DNA of 64,000 nucleotides from assembly GCA_963674965.2 (NCBI GenBank), contig CAXXFL010000001.1:320001-384000 (forward strand), in the 5' to 3' direction. Positions 38,415 through 48,415 of the stretch are shown one piece after another (position 1 is the first letter of the stretch; every line of letters starts with the position of its first letter). Source of the stretch: a bacterium (GTDB taxonomy: Bacteria; RBG-13-61-14; DATKZS01). The notes below the pieces were generated by a model that saw nothing but the letters and a program-made list of their open reading frames with translations, had not been told where the DNA came from and ran no database searches. The translations under genes and the position numbers were made by a program.

Positions 38415-39800
38415 ATGAAGTACTTTTTCGATCCCGAAACGGTGGCCCTGATCGGGGCCTCCGGCACGCCCCTTCGGCCCGGCAACTCGCTTTTCCAGAA
38501 CCTGGATTTCTGCTTTGGCGACAAGTTTTTTCCCGTCAACCCCAAGACGGAAAAGATCGGGGAGAGGACGTGTTATCCCTCCATCCTGGACGCGCCGGGA
38601 AAGGTGGACGTGGCCATCATCTTCATCCCCGCCAAGTTTGCTCCCCTGGCCCTCGAGCAATGCGCCCAAAAAGGGATCAAGCGCGTTATCATCGAGTCCG
38701 GCGGCTTCGCCGAGGTGGGCCAAGAGGGCGCGGCCCTGACCGAGCGCTGCCGGTCCATGGCCCGGGAGGCGGGCATAAGGCTGTGGGGACCCAACTGCAT
38801 GGGCTCGATCAACGTGCCGGCCAACAAGGTCTTGTCCTTCCTCATGCCCATGGCTTGGCGGGGAAGGTTCAAGCCGGGCAAGGTTTCCCTCGTGGTCCAA
38901 AGCGGCATGCTCAGCGCCGGCTTCCTCCTCCAGATACTCTCGAGGACCCCCTTCGGCCTGGCCAAGATAGCCTCCATCGGCAACAAGATCGACGTGGACG
39001 AGACCGACCTCCTCGAGTACCTGCTGGACGACCCCGACACCGGGGTCATCGCCATGTACGTGGAGAGCCTCGAGAGGGGACGCCGTTTCTTCGAGTTGGC
39101 CCGGGCCGCGAAAAAGCCCATCGTGGCGCTGAAGGGAGGCCGGACCTCCTTCGGCGCCAAGGCGGCCTCGTCCCATACCGCCGCCATGGCGCAGGACGAC
39201 GCCGTGCTCGACGCGGCCTTCCGGCAAGCGGGGGTGGTCCGGGCCAAGGGCATGAACGAGTTAATGGACGTGGCCAGGTGCCTGGGCGTCAACGAGACGT
39301 CTCCCCGCCCTCGCGCCCGGGTGGCGGTGATCACCTTCTCGGGAGGAGCGGGAGTGGTGGCCTCGGACGACGTTTCCGACTGGGGCCTCGAGCTGGCCCG
39401 GTTCTCGGAGGATACCCTCTCGAGGATCAAGCGCGTGTATCCGGACTGGATGGACCCGGACAATCCCGCGGACCTTTATCCGGCCATCGAGAAGAACGGA
39501 CCCAAGCGGGCCTTCGGCGCGACCCTCGCGGCGGTCATGGAGGACCCCGGAGTGGACGCCGTCTACGCCCACCTCTTCGCGCCCATGGCCGACCTTCCCC
39601 TTTACGACTACGACAAGATGGCCGAGTTGGTGAAAAGGCATAAAAAGCCCCTGGTGGTCTGGATTCTCGGGTTCGCCTCCAGTGGCGACAAGATGCGCGC
39701 CGAACTCGAAAAACGCGGCATTGCCGTGGTGGACGACATAGCCGACGGCGTCAGGATACTGGCGGCTATTTCCACGCGGTCACCCGCCCGGCGCGCGTAG
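38415..39800 (+). CDS. Acyl-CoA synthetase (NDP-forming) alpha-subunit-like CoA-binding protein
   Basis: VALIGAS, PVNP, SGGFAEVG, WGPNCMG, QSG, IGNKIDV, SHTAAMA phospho-His motif; no ATP-grasp domain. Confidence 0.85.
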   Translation: MKYFFDPETVALIGASGTPLRPGNSLFQNLDFCFGDKFFPVNPKTEKIGERTCYPSILDAPGKVDVAIIFIPAKFAPLALEQCAQKGIKRVIIESGGFAEVGQEGAALTERCRSMAREAGIRLWGPNCMGSINVPANKVLSFLMPMAWRGRFKPGKVSLVVQSGMLSAGFLLQILSRTPFGLAKIASIGNKIDVDETDLLEYLLDDPDTGVIAMYVESLERGRRFFELARAAKKPIVALKGGRTSFGAKAASSHTAAMAQDDAVLDAAFRQAGVVRAKGMNELMDVARCLGVNETSPRPRARVAVITFSGGAGVVASDDVSDWGLELARFSEDTLSRIKRVYPDWMDPDNPADLYPAIEKNGPKRAFGATLAAVMEDPGVDAVYAHLFAPMADLPLYDYDKMAELVKRHKKPLVVWILGFASSGDKMRAELEKRGIAVVDDIADGVRILAAISTRSPARRA

Positions 39801-40000
39801 CGCCGGTCCGGCGGTGGGCACGGACGGGGCGCGGCATCGCCGCCCACGCCTTTTGGGTGGGAAACCCTGGTTTACGACCAGGATGGAGGCGTGGACGCCC
39901 GGCATTCTTCATGAGTGTAAATCCCTCGGCCAATATATGATGAGTTGGCCATTCCGGCGAATCGATTTTCCCCGGGAGCGCGATGTGGTATTTTTTAAGT

Positions 40001-40741
40001 ATGCTCACTTTCGTAATTCCTCATAAGGACCGTCACGCTCACCTTGACGTCTGCCTTGGCTCGCTGGCGGCTCAGAGGGTGAGGCCGGCTCGAGTCGCGC
40101 TTTGCGATTACAGCGTCGATCGGGGGGCCACCGAGGCCTTGTTAAAGAAATGGGGCGGGAAAATCGAGCTACGGGTCCTTTACGGCGAGGCTCCCCGATA
40201 TCAGCTCAACCCGGCCCGCAACATGGGCCGCCGGGTCGTCAAGACGCCCTTGATGGGGGTGCTCGACGCGGACATATCGCTTGGACCCGAACTGGTGGCG
40301 AGGATTGTCGAAACCTTCCGGGGCGAGAGCGGCGAGCCGAGGCGGCTGATTTTGGGCGCGACCAGGATGGACCTGGATGAGTCAGGCCAGGCGCGGATGA
40401 ACGCCTGGACTCGCGAGTTGGTTTTAGGCAGCCTCCAGGTTTTTCGCGTCGAGGACTTCGACGCGGTGGGCGGCTACAACCCCTTCATGGAGGGATGGGG
40501 CGCCGACGACACGGACTTCGTGGTTCGCCTCGAGGCCGCCGGCTGCGAGAAGCTGATCCTTGACGATGAGTACGTCCATCAGTGGCACCCCCGCCGAGAC
40601 GACCCGGTCCGGGAGCGCCGGAACATCGAGATAGCGCGAGACTCATTTTTCGACGCCGGGTCCGGCCGGTGGCTGCGGCGCTCCGCCGGGCGGGGCTTCA
40701 TCGCCCGAGCCTTGAGAAAGGCGAGAGGGAAATCGCGTTGA
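40001..40741 (+). CDS. GT-A fold glycosyltransferase (GT2 / GT7-C-like)
   Basis: FVIPHKDR, ARNMG, LDAD (DxD), VGGYNPFMEGWGADDTDF, HQWH. Confidence 0.85.
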   Translation: MLTFVIPHKDRHAHLDVCLGSLAAQRVRPARVALCDYSVDRGATEALLKKWGGKIELRVLYGEAPRYQLNPARNMGRRVVKTPLMGVLDADISLGPELVARIVETFRGESGEPRRLILGATRMDLDESGQARMNAWTRELVLGSLQVFRVEDFDAVGGYNPFMEGWGADDTDFVVRLEAAGCEKLILDDEYVHQWHPRRDDPVRERRNIEIARDSFFDAGSGRWLRRSAGRGFIARALRKARGKSR

Positions 40742-41913
40742 CTCCTCCCAACGTCCTCCTCATTACCCTCGACGCGGTCAGGCCCGACCGCCTGCGCCTG
40801 CACGGCGGCCCGGTCGAGACGCCCAACTTGGAGCGCCTGGCAAAAAGCGGCGTCGCCTTTTCCGACGCCTGGGCCCAGGGTCCGGTGACCTGGATTTCCC
40901 ACGCCTCCGTCTTCACCGGACTTTGGCCCCTCCACCACGGGTTGACCGACGTCAACGCCATGCTCGATCCCGGCCTCCCGACCCTGGCCGAGCTTCTGGC
41001 CCGCGCCGGATACGAGACGGCGGGCTGGCCGGCCACGGCCACGGCGGGATCGGGTCTGGGCTTTGGCCGGGGTTTCGACTTGTTCGAGGAGAACTACATC
41101 GAGAGCTTCGGCGATTGGGCGGGGCATTTTTTCCAGCGTCCTCCGGATGAGCCCTTCGCCTTCGTCGACTTCGAGGACAATATCCGGAGATGGTCGAGTT
41201 GGAAGAAGAATTGTAAAGGTCCCTGGTTCGCCTGGCTTCACTACTTCGACTGCCACCACATGACGGGCCCGGTCTGGCGGGACCGCCATCCCCCGGCCGA
41301 GCTGATGGACAGGTATTATCCGCGCGGCTTCAAAAGGAGTTGGCGCAAGGCCTGGGAGAAGCACGGGACGGGAGTGGGCTCGAAGAAAACGGGGCCCCGG
41401 CTTCAGTTTTACGACGCCAAGATAGCCTGGTTCGATCACTGGCTGGGCCGGATGATTGATGAGCTTGACCTTTCCCGTGACCTGGCGGTCGTATTCAGCG
41501 ACCACGGGGAGGACCTCTCGGGTCCCTTCCCCGACCATGACGACTGCACGGAGGGAGAGCTCAGGGTGGTGATGGTCATGGGGGGCGGCCCGCCCTCGGG
41601 ACGCCCAAGCTGGAAGGAGGCCCTGACGCCACGAGGAATCTCGGACGCTGGAACGGTCGGCTCACCCGCCCGGCTTATCGACCTGGCGCCCACCGTTTAC
41701 CAGGCCGCCACGGGTGAAGTCTATCCGGTCCGGCTGGACGGGATCAGTCTTTTCGAGCCCGACCCATACCCGAGGATGGTCCTGGCCATGAACGGCTATT
41801 GCCGCAAGAACAAAGGCAAGGCGGCCTATTTCTCGAGGGGCCGTCACTGCCCCCGGAAGGACCCGGAGGGAGACAAGGTACGGGCGGCCCTCGAGGGTCT
41901 CGGTTATCTTTAG
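40738..41913 (+). CDS. Sulfatase-like hydrolase/transferase (alkaline phosphatase superfamily)
   Basis: NVLLITLDAVRPD, TPNLERLA, TWISHASVFTG, WLHYFDCH, FSDHGE, LIDLAPT, LEGLGYL; TTG start overlapping the GT stop. Confidence 0.83.
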   Translation: MTPPNVLLITLDAVRPDRLRLHGGPVETPNLERLAKSGVAFSDAWAQGPVTWISHASVFTGLWPLHHGLTDVNAMLDPGLPTLAELLARAGYETAGWPATATAGSGLGFGRGFDLFEENYIESFGDWAGHFFQRPPDEPFAFVDFEDNIRRWSSWKKNCKGPWFAWLHYFDCHHMTGPVWRDRHPPAELMDRYYPRGFKRSWRKAWEKHGTGVGSKKTGPRLQFYDAKIAWFDHWLGRMIDELDLSRDLAVVFSDHGEDLSGPFPDHDDCTEGELRVVMVMGGGPPSGRPSWKEALTPRGISDAGTVGSPARLIDLAPTVYQAATGEVYPVRLDGISLFEPDPYPRMVLAMNGYCRKNKGKAAYFSRGRHCPRKDPEGDKVRAALEGLGYL

Positions 41914-41921
41914 GAGACGGC

Positions 41922-42740
41922 ATGGATGGAGGCCAAAATAAGTATTCCGCCCGGGAGCTTGCCTTGGCCGTCGAGACGGGCGCGACCGAGGGGATCAAGC
42001 TCTGGCGCGCCTGGGACCGGGTCGAGGTGATCGAGGAGGACGGCTACGTGATGACCCTCTCCGACGTGGCCTTTCCCATGTTCAACTGCGTTTTCAAGTG
42101 CGATCTTGGCCGCGAGCCGGCTGAGGCCGACGGGAAGATCGAGCGAATAAAGTCGATGGCGTCGGCTCGAGGCGTTCCCATGGCCTGGTGGATGGGCCCG
42201 TCCGCGTCTCCCGAGGACCTGTCCGAGCGGCTTATCGCTCGGGGCTTCACGGTCGCGCCGGGCCCGGCCGGGATGGCCATGGACCTTTGCCTTATCGAGG
42301 AGCGCGGCGCGCCGCCGCCGGGCGTTCTGATCCGTGAGGTCGAAAGCCCGTCCGACCTCCGGACCTGGTGCGATATCATGCTGCCCGTTTTCGCTTTCCC
42401 TTCTCCCACCTGGCGCGCCTGGCGGGAGCTGATGGCGGCGCAGGGCCACGGACCTGGAAGCAGAGTGAGGCATTACCTGGCGGAGCTGAACGGGCGTCCC
42501 GCGGCCACCTCGTCGGTCATTCTAAGCGGGGAGTTGGCCATGCTGGCGAACGTGGCCACCCTGCCGAAGGCGAGAAAAAGGGGCATCGCCGGGGCCATGA
42601 CCGCCAAGGCGCTTCATGACGCGAGACGCGAGGGGTCCCGCGTGGGCGCTCTCTTCGCCACCAACGCGGGCTACCCGCTTTACTCGAGGATGGGTTTCGA
42701 GGAATTCTTTAAAGTCCGGATACACGTTTGGTGGGAATAG
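41922..42740 (+). CDS. GNAT family N-acetyltransferase
   Basis: NVATLPKARKRGIA acetyl-CoA motif, GYPLYSRMGF; AGGAG RBS. Confidence 0.85.
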   Translation: MDGGQNKYSARELALAVETGATEGIKLWRAWDRVEVIEEDGYVMTLSDVAFPMFNCVFKCDLGREPAEADGKIERIKSMASARGVPMAWWMGPSASPEDLSERLIARGFTVAPGPAGMAMDLCLIEERGAPPPGVLIREVESPSDLRTWCDIMLPVFAFPSPTWRAWRELMAAQGHGPGSRVRHYLAELNGRPAATSSVILSGELAMLANVATLPKARKRGIAGAMTAKALHDARREGSRVGALFATNAGYPLYSRMGFEEFFKVRIHVWWE

Positions 42741-42764
42741 GCATACAGCGGGCCGTCGTGCCAA

Positions 42765-43649
42765 TCACGTAAGCTGGCAGAGTTTCAGCACGTCCTTTTT
42801 CCAATGCGCCTTGCCCCGCCTTTCCAGGCAAGCCTCGATGAACATCCTCTCTTCCTCCTCGGTAAAGGACCGGTTCTTGAGATAATGCCGGATGCAATGG
42901 GCGGTGCGCTTGGGACCGGGCACGCGCCAGGGAAAGCTTTGGTCGAAGTCGAGGAAATAGAACTCGTAGCTCCCGCCGTTCTCGGCCACCATGGTGTTCT
43001 TGTCGGTGTCCTCGGTGTAGACCCCGAGGTCGTGAAGGCGCACCAGGTTATCCAGGAGATCGAGAAGGAATTTTTCGCGCTCCCAGGCGGGAGCGTTCTT
43101 GAAGCGCTCCTGATACTCGTGGAAGTCGACGACGCTCGCGGGAAGCTTCTCGATGAACAGGACCGCGGTCCGGGGAAACCCCAATACCGATTCCTTGAGC
43201 AGGGCCACGGGACGCGTGACCTTGATTCCGTTCTCCTCCAAATAGGCCAGGGTGGCGAAGTTGCGCTCGGCCTCGGTGAAGAAGAACCATCCCTCGATGG
43301 CCCTGAGCGCGTGGGAATACCTGTAAAACTTGGCCAGCACCTGCCGGCCCGAGCCGTCTTGGATGGGATAATCGGCCAATAATTTCCTGCGGTCGACGCC
43401 GGACAGGACGCTCTTGACTTCCTCGGTTTCCTTTAACGCGTCCCAGGCTTTGACGATCTCGATGGTCCTTTCCACCAGGTCGTCGGAGGGAGGAGCCATG
43501 ACCTCTCTTTTGGTAAGGCCGCCGAGCCTGGAGTAGAGGACAACGGGATTTCGGCGATAATAGCCGAACTTGTCCGCGAATACTCTCCACCTCGAGGCGA
43601 TGGACCTGGTATTTTCGCCCTTTTCATTCATGACTACGGATATCCCCAC
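42765..43649 (-). CDS. Kdo/WaaP/InaA-like lipopolysaccharide kinase-fold protein
   Basis: LAKFY, EAERNF, GIKVTRPVAL, LHDLGVYTEDTDKN, YFLDFD. Confidence 0.65.
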   Translation of the reverse strand: MGISVVMNEKGENTRSIASRWRVFADKFGYYRRNPVVLYSRLGGLTKREVMAPPSDDLVERTIEIVKAWDALKETEEVKSVLSGVDRRKLLADYPIQDGSGRQVLAKFYRYSHALRAIEGWFFFTEAERNFATLAYLEENGIKVTRPVALLKESVLGFPRTAVLFIEKLPASVVDFHEYQERFKNAPAWEREKFLLDLLDNLVRLHDLGVYTEDTDKNTMVAENGGSYEFYFLDFDQSFPWRVPGPKRTAHCIRHYLKNRSFTEEEERMFIEACLERRGKAHWKKDVLKLCQLT

Positions 43650-43743
43650 TTTATCCGAATTTATTTACGAACGTACCCTGTACGTATATTATATAATAAT
43701 TGGCGTTTATTTAAAACTTCCGGGCTTTTCGCTCGCGGATAAA

Positions 43744-44751
43744 TTATCGGGAAGGCCGGGGAGGGGCGGGTTTTCGGCAGGCGGCGCTCATGCGTTTTTG
43801 CCACTTGGGCTTTCCCCTGAAAACCAGGTAGGCCTTGATATAGAGGGCGACGTCGCTCTGATTGAAGTCGGGGCCGTTGAGCATGACCTTGACGTTCTGG
43901 GCCGACCTCCTGAAATTGGGGGTCCGCCAGGGGAAGGCGAAGTCGAAATCGAGGAAATAAAACTTCCAGCCGTCCTTTAAATTCTCGATCATGGCGTTCT
44001 TCTCGAGGTCGTGCGTGTAGAAGCCATGGCGGTGAAGGGCCGCCGCGGCGTGGGCCAGGGCGATGATAAAGGTCCTCCTTTCCTCCTCGCCGAGTTGGCC
44101 GAGCCAGTTAACGTAGGCCTGGTAATCCAGGACCGCTCCTCCCAGCTCCTCCATGAAAAGGACCGCCCGGACCGGCGCGCCAAGCCGCGACTCCACGAGC
44201 AGGGCGACCGGCACGGTCACGTTAAAGCCCTTGTCCTTGAGGTAGAGAAGGTTGATGAAGTTTCTTTCCGGCTCGAGGCGGAGCAGATATTTCTCGACGC
44301 CCCGATATATCTCCTTGCCGGAAAAGTCGTAGTACTTGGCCAGGCATTTGCCGCGGCCGGTCTCGAGACGGGCGGCGGAGATGATTTTCCTTTTATACGT
44401 CGCCTCGATCTCTTCCCTTACCTCCCCGCGCCCCCGCTCCTTGTCCCAGACGGAGACCAACTCGAGGACTTGATCCAGCCCGTACTCGGGGTTGATAAGG
44501 ATTCTCCTTTTATATTTCGAGCCGGGAGGGGAAGGAGCCTTGACATGGGCGTGGGACCGGAAGTGTCTCGTTTTTTCCAGGAACAGCCCCAGGCCGGTCC
44601 TCGGCTCGCCTCCGCCTTGACGCGGGGGTAAAGAATCGCGAGTCGCCAGGATAATATCGAGATTGCCGCCCATGGACTCGACCCATCGCAGGTCCGGCCG
44701 GCCCATGGTTTTTTCGTCGTGCCTTGCCATGCTCATCGACGCCGGCGCCAC
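43744..44751 (-). CDS. Kdo/WaaP/InaA-like kinase-fold protein (paralog of 42765-43649); start uncertain
   Basis: LAKYY, EPERNF, GFNVTVPVAL, LHRHGFYTHDLEKN, YFLDFDFAFPWR. Confidence 0.65.
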   Translation of the reverse strand: MAPASMSMARHDEKTMGRPDLRWVESMGGNLDIILATRDSLPPRQGGGEPRTGLGLFLEKTRHFRSHAHVKAPSPPGSKYKRRILINPEYGLDQVLELVSVWDKERGRGEVREEIEATYKRKIISAARLETGRGKCLAKYYDFSGKEIYRGVEKYLLRLEPERNFINLLYLKDKGFNVTVPVALLVESRLGAPVRAVLFMEELGGAVLDYQAYVNWLGQLGEEERRTFIIALAHAAAALHRHGFYTHDLEKNAMIENLKDGWKFYFLDFDFAFPWRTPNFRRSAQNVKVMLNGPDFNQSDVALYIKAYLVFRGKPKWQKRMSAACRKPAPPRPSR

Positions 44752-44760
44752 GCTCGCGGG

Positions 44761-46578
44761 CTAGCGGACTCCCCTGGCCTCGAGCGCCCTTATCTCGGCG
44801 GCCCATTTCTCGCGCTCCTCCTCCCCCACCTCCGGGTCGGGAAGAAGCGAGCGGCGCGTGCAGTTGACGAGCGCCTGCAGGGTCTGGTAGCGGCGGGTCA
44901 AGGCTATGGCCGGCGGCAGGTGGTCGCGGATAATGTCCCCTATTACGTCCACCCCCAGCTTTTCGCCCTTGATGATCGAGTGGGCCTTGAGCTCCGAGCG
45001 AAGGGACGCGAAGTTGGCGGCCGACGTGCCCCCGATCATCTCGTCGAGCCTGGTCAGTTCCTCGTCGGTGGGCGGGTGGTCCATTACCGACTCGACCGTC
45101 CAGCGCAGGAACTCTTTTCTGTCGTCGCCCTCCGCGTCGAGTATGGGAATGATCAGGTCTCCCACCCTGCCCGGCCGCCGGATGTCGGGGGAAAGGAGCT
45201 GAATCCTGGCGGTCATCAAAAGCCAGATCACCCGGCCGCGAAGCTTGGGGTCGCTCATCATGGCCTGGATTTTTCCGGTCAGCCTTCTTTCCGTCGAGTG
45301 CGTCTCCGGTCCCACCCCTCCGAACTGGGTGTCGGCCTCATCCACGAAGATAAGCACCTTGGCCAGGGCGTCGAGCACGCGCCGGAGCCGCTCGAAGATG
45401 ACGTCGGTCTGGCCGAACCACTGGCTCCGGATGTTCTTGAGGACCAGTACCACCATGTCCAACTCGCTGGCCACGGCCTCGAAGACGAAGGTCTTGCCGC
45501 CGCCGATGGGGCCGCACACGGCCGCGCCGGGCAGGGCCTCGGCTCCCGCGGCCTTGAAGCGGGGTATCAACTCGGCGCCCAGGAACTCCTTGAGCCTGGA
45601 GAAGCCCACCACGTCGTCCAGGCAATGGCCGGGCTTTTTGAACTCGACTATGTCCTCGCCGAGCTGGCTTTGAATGTGCTCCTCCACCTTGTCCACCACG
45701 TCGGCCAGGGTCAGGTCGCGGCCCTCGTGGATGGCCCCCTTCAAGAGTTGGTTCAGCGCGTGGATCGTGAGACCCGCCGTGAATCGGGCCAGGTCGTTCT
45801 TGTCCCCCCACAGCCTCAGCTTGCGAGTCGAGGACCGGCGGCCGTCGAACCATTCGATGAACTCGAGCCGCTCCTCCTCGTCCGGCGCCGGAACGCTTAC
45901 CTCGATGACCTGGGGAAGACGGGACACCCGGTGGTTGATGAGGCTGCGCGACTCCGAGAAAAGGACCACCGCGTCGCCCCCGTCCATGAAGCCGGGGTCG
46001 GAGAACCAGTCCCGGCAGACGCTCACGCGGTGGCGGTCGGCGTCGGACAGGCTCACTATCTCTCCCTCCGGTATGACCATGTCAGCCGCCTCGATGAGGA
46101 TGATGAGGTCCTCGCTCAAAAGGGGCCGGTCGCCCAGGCGCGCTCGGGAGCAAAGGCACATCTGGCGGAGTATCTCGAGGGCAACGGTCGGGTTGCCCAC
46201 CGCGGACTTGAGGTTGGCGTCAAAGGCCTGGTTCATGGTCTCGAGCTTGGCCCGGGCCTTGTTCGAGGCCAGCATGATCTCGACGGCCAGGGCGTTGTAG
46301 TCCATGCCGCTGCGCCATTTCAGCCAGGCCTCCCTCACCTTCTCCCGGTCCTTGTCGTCGATGAAGCGGATGGGCCCGTTCAGCTCGTAGACGATGAGTA
46401 TCTTGTTCTTGACCGCCCACTGGCCGGTGAGGAAATCCACCAGGGGCGCGTAGCCGGAGTCCGGGCCCGGCTGCCGGAAAAGGTCGTGTATGTTTCCGGT
46501 CATGACGATGACCCTGGACTGTCCCGAGTTGAGGACCCTGCCGGAGATTTTCAGAAACTCGTAATCGGGCGCGCTCAT
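44761..46578 (-). CDS. Classical-clade AAA+ ATPase with degenerate N-terminal AAA-like domain (SpoVK/Ycf46/Vps4 family)
   Basis: DDVVG, Walker A GPIGGGKT, pore loop RSQWFGQ, Walker B IFVDEAD, SRH/Arg finger DIRRPGR; N-terminal half has GNIHD, ILIEAAD, PAPDEEER but no Walker A. Confidence 0.85.
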   Translation of the reverse strand: MSAPDYEFLKISGRVLNSGQSRVIVMTGNIHDLFRQPGPDSGYAPLVDFLTGQWAVKNKILIVYELNGPIRFIDDKDREKVREAWLKWRSGMDYNALAVEIMLASNKARAKLETMNQAFDANLKSAVGNPTVALEILRQMCLCSRARLGDRPLLSEDLIILIEAADMVIPEGEIVSLSDADRHRVSVCRDWFSDPGFMDGGDAVVLFSESRSLINHRVSRLPQVIEVSVPAPDEEERLEFIEWFDGRRSSTRKLRLWGDKNDLARFTAGLTIHALNQLLKGAIHEGRDLTLADVVDKVEEHIQSQLGEDIVEFKKPGHCLDDVVGFSRLKEFLGAELIPRFKAAGAEALPGAAVCGPIGGGKTFVFEAVASELDMVVLVLKNIRSQWFGQTDVIFERLRRVLDALAKVLIFVDEADTQFGGVGPETHSTERRLTGKIQAMMSDPKLRGRVIWLLMTARIQLLSPDIRRPGRVGDLIIPILDAEGDDRKEFLRWTVESVMDHPPTDEELTRLDEMIGGTSAANFASLRSELKAHSIIKGEKLGVDVIGDIIRDHLPPAIALTRRYQTLQALVNCTRRSLLPDPEVGEEEREKWAAEIRALEARGVR

Positions 46579-47525
46579 GCCAGCACTCCTTGTCCTTTTC
46601 CTTCCTCGAGCTGTTTCCAGAAGACGGCCGACCCCTCGGGCGGCTGGAGGTTGCGGGCGTCGAAGGTCGACTCCCTAATTTCCTCGCGCTGCTTGACGAA
46701 GGTATCGAAGTTCCTCGGCTCGTCGGGACGGTAAACGGGGGCGCACCGGTCGTAGACCACCGTGGCCCCGGGCGGCTCCTCGAGCCCGGCTCCTTTCCAG
46801 TCCCAGTACTGGCTAAGGCCTACCACCCTGTCTCCCACGAAAATGGCCTCGTTAAGCTCGTGGGTGACGATGAGGACCGTGTAGGGGGGCGGCTCGTTTC
46901 TCGACCTGGCCTCGAGGTTCTCCGCGTAGAGGTTGAGGAGCAGGCGCTGGAGTTCCTCGCGGGTCGCCTCGTCCAGGGCCCCGAAGGGCTCGTCCAGAAG
47001 AAGTATCTCGGGCTTCATGATCAGCGCCTGGGCCACCGCCACCCTTTGACGCATGCCGCCCGACATCTGGGCCGGATAAAGGTCCACCGCGTCGGCCAGC
47101 TTCAGCTTCTCCAGAAAACTCGTGGCCGCGGCCAGGTGCTCCCTTCTAAGCCCGCGCCATTTCGAGAAGCCCAAAAGACGCCCCGCGACGCTGGTCTGAT
47201 CCAGCTTCAGCCCGAAGGCCACGTTTTGCCTGGCCGTGAGAAAGGGAAAAAGGGAGTACTGCTGGTACACGATGCCCCGGTCGCGTCCTGGCCCCCTGAC
47301 CGCCAGGGCCCTTTCGCTCCCCGCCTCTTTGACCTTGACGCTACCCTCACAAGGCGGGTGGGTGCCCACGATGGCGCGAAGGAGGGTCGATTTGCCGCAG
47401 CCGCTGGGACCGACCAAGGACACGATCTCGCCCCTGATTATCTGAAGGTTCACGTCGTAAAGGACCCGCTTGGGCCCGAACCAGTGGGAAACGCCGCGGC
47501 ACTCGAGGACCAGGTCGCGGTCCAT
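46575..47525 (-). CDS. ABC transporter ATP-binding protein (NitT/TauT type)
   Basis: GPSGCGKS, DRGIVYQQYSLFPFLT, MSGGMRQR, LLDEPFGALD, VTHE. Confidence 0.92.
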   Translation of the reverse strand: MDRDLVLECRGVSHWFGPKRVLYDVNLQIIRGEIVSLVGPSGCGKSTLLRAIVGTHPPCEGSVKVKEAGSERALAVRGPGRDRGIVYQQYSLFPFLTARQNVAFGLKLDQTSVAGRLLGFSKWRGLRREHLAAATSFLEKLKLADAVDLYPAQMSGGMRQRVAVAQALIMKPEILLLDEPFGALDEATREELQRLLLNLYAENLEARSRNEPPPYTVLIVTHELNEAIFVGDRVVGLSQYWDWKGAGLEEPPGATVVYDRCAPVYRPDEPRNFDTFVKQREEIRESTFDARNLQPPEGSAVFWKQLEEGKGQGVLA

Positions 47526-47528
47526 GGC

Positions 47529-48335
47529 TCACCTTCCCTCCGGCGAGAACCAGGGGCAAAGCGCCCTTTGCGTCCTTCTCGTCAGGTAGTCCATGGAGAA
47601 GCCGAAGGCCGCCAGCAGGGCGAGGTAGGGGTAGACCACCTCCATGTTCAAAAGCTTGGACTGGAGCCGGATGCGGTAGCCGAAGCCCACGTCGCCCACC
47701 ACCATCTCGGCCGCGATAAGATAGACCATGGCCGGCCCTATTTGCAGGCGGGCCGCGTCGATGATCTTGGGCAGGATGGCGGGAAAGATGACGTTCCAGA
47801 TCAGCTCGGGCTGGGACGCGCCCAGGGTATGGGCCTTGTATAAAAGCTCGTCGGGCACCTCCTTGACGGCCAGGTAGACCGACTGGGACAGGGTGGGCAG
47901 GACCCCGAACACGATCATGGCCACGTACATTTCCGTGTCGGTTCCCACCATGACGAAGAACACGGCCAGGGCCGCCGTGGGAGGGACCTTGGCCAGGAGC
48001 GACATGGGAGGCACCAGGAAGGACTCGAAGGTCGCGTAGCACCCCATCAGGAGTCCCAGGACCACGGCCAGGACCACGCCGATGGAAAGGCCCAGGAAGA
48101 GCCGGATGGCCGTGGCCTTCGAGTCCTCGATCACCCAGCGCTCGCCGCTCCTGGAGTTGGCTAGGACCGCCTTTTTCACGCCCCCGCCCATCTGCTTCCA
48201 AGTGGGTATGGTGGTGTCGTCCGGGTTTTTCACGTGCTGTCTGTAAGATAGCATGGTGTAGAGACCAAGGAGCGCGACCACGGAAAGGGCGCTGAGCAAA
48301 AGGGCGGCGTTCCTGGAGATGGGTTGTCGGATCAT
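47529..48335 (-). CDS. ABC transporter permease (NitT/TauT type)
   Basis: About 6 TMs, KVPPTA, EAA-loop KAHTLGAS, YLIAAE, GFGYRI. Confidence 0.9.
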   Translation of the reverse strand: MIRQPISRNAALLLSALSVVALLGLYTMLSYRQHVKNPDDTTIPTWKQMGGGVKKAVLANSRSGERWVIEDSKATAIRLFLGLSIGVVLAVVLGLLMGCYATFESFLVPPMSLLAKVPPTAALAVFFVMVGTDTEMYVAMIVFGVLPTLSQSVYLAVKEVPDELLYKAHTLGASQPELIWNVIFPAILPKIIDAARLQIGPAMVYLIAAEMVVGDVGFGYRIRLQSKLLNMEVVYPYLALLAAFGFSMDYLTRRTQRALCPWFSPEGR

Positions 48336-48354
48336 ATGATTTTCCCATGGATAC

Positions 48355-48387
48355 GGGGCGGACGCGACGACCGCCGCGCCTCGCCCC
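48355..48387 (-). other. GC-rich intergenic hairpin between solute-binding protein and permease genes
   Basis: Minus strand GGGGCGAGGCGCGGCGGTCGTCGCGTCCGCCCC folds on itself; no U-tract; a position typical of mRNA-stabilising stems. Confidence 0.45.
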
Positions 48388-48415
48388 TTATTAGTACGTT
48401 AACGATCGGCCGGGC

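Noticed and set aside
44719-46734. 671-aa plus-strand ORF, and similar long antisense ORFs at 35-1234, 5404-7293, 13913-15175, 49071-50381, 51372-53405 and 53989-55758
   Set aside because: They lie antisense to well-supported genes and have no recognisable motifs; long shadow ORFs are expected in high-GC coding DNA.
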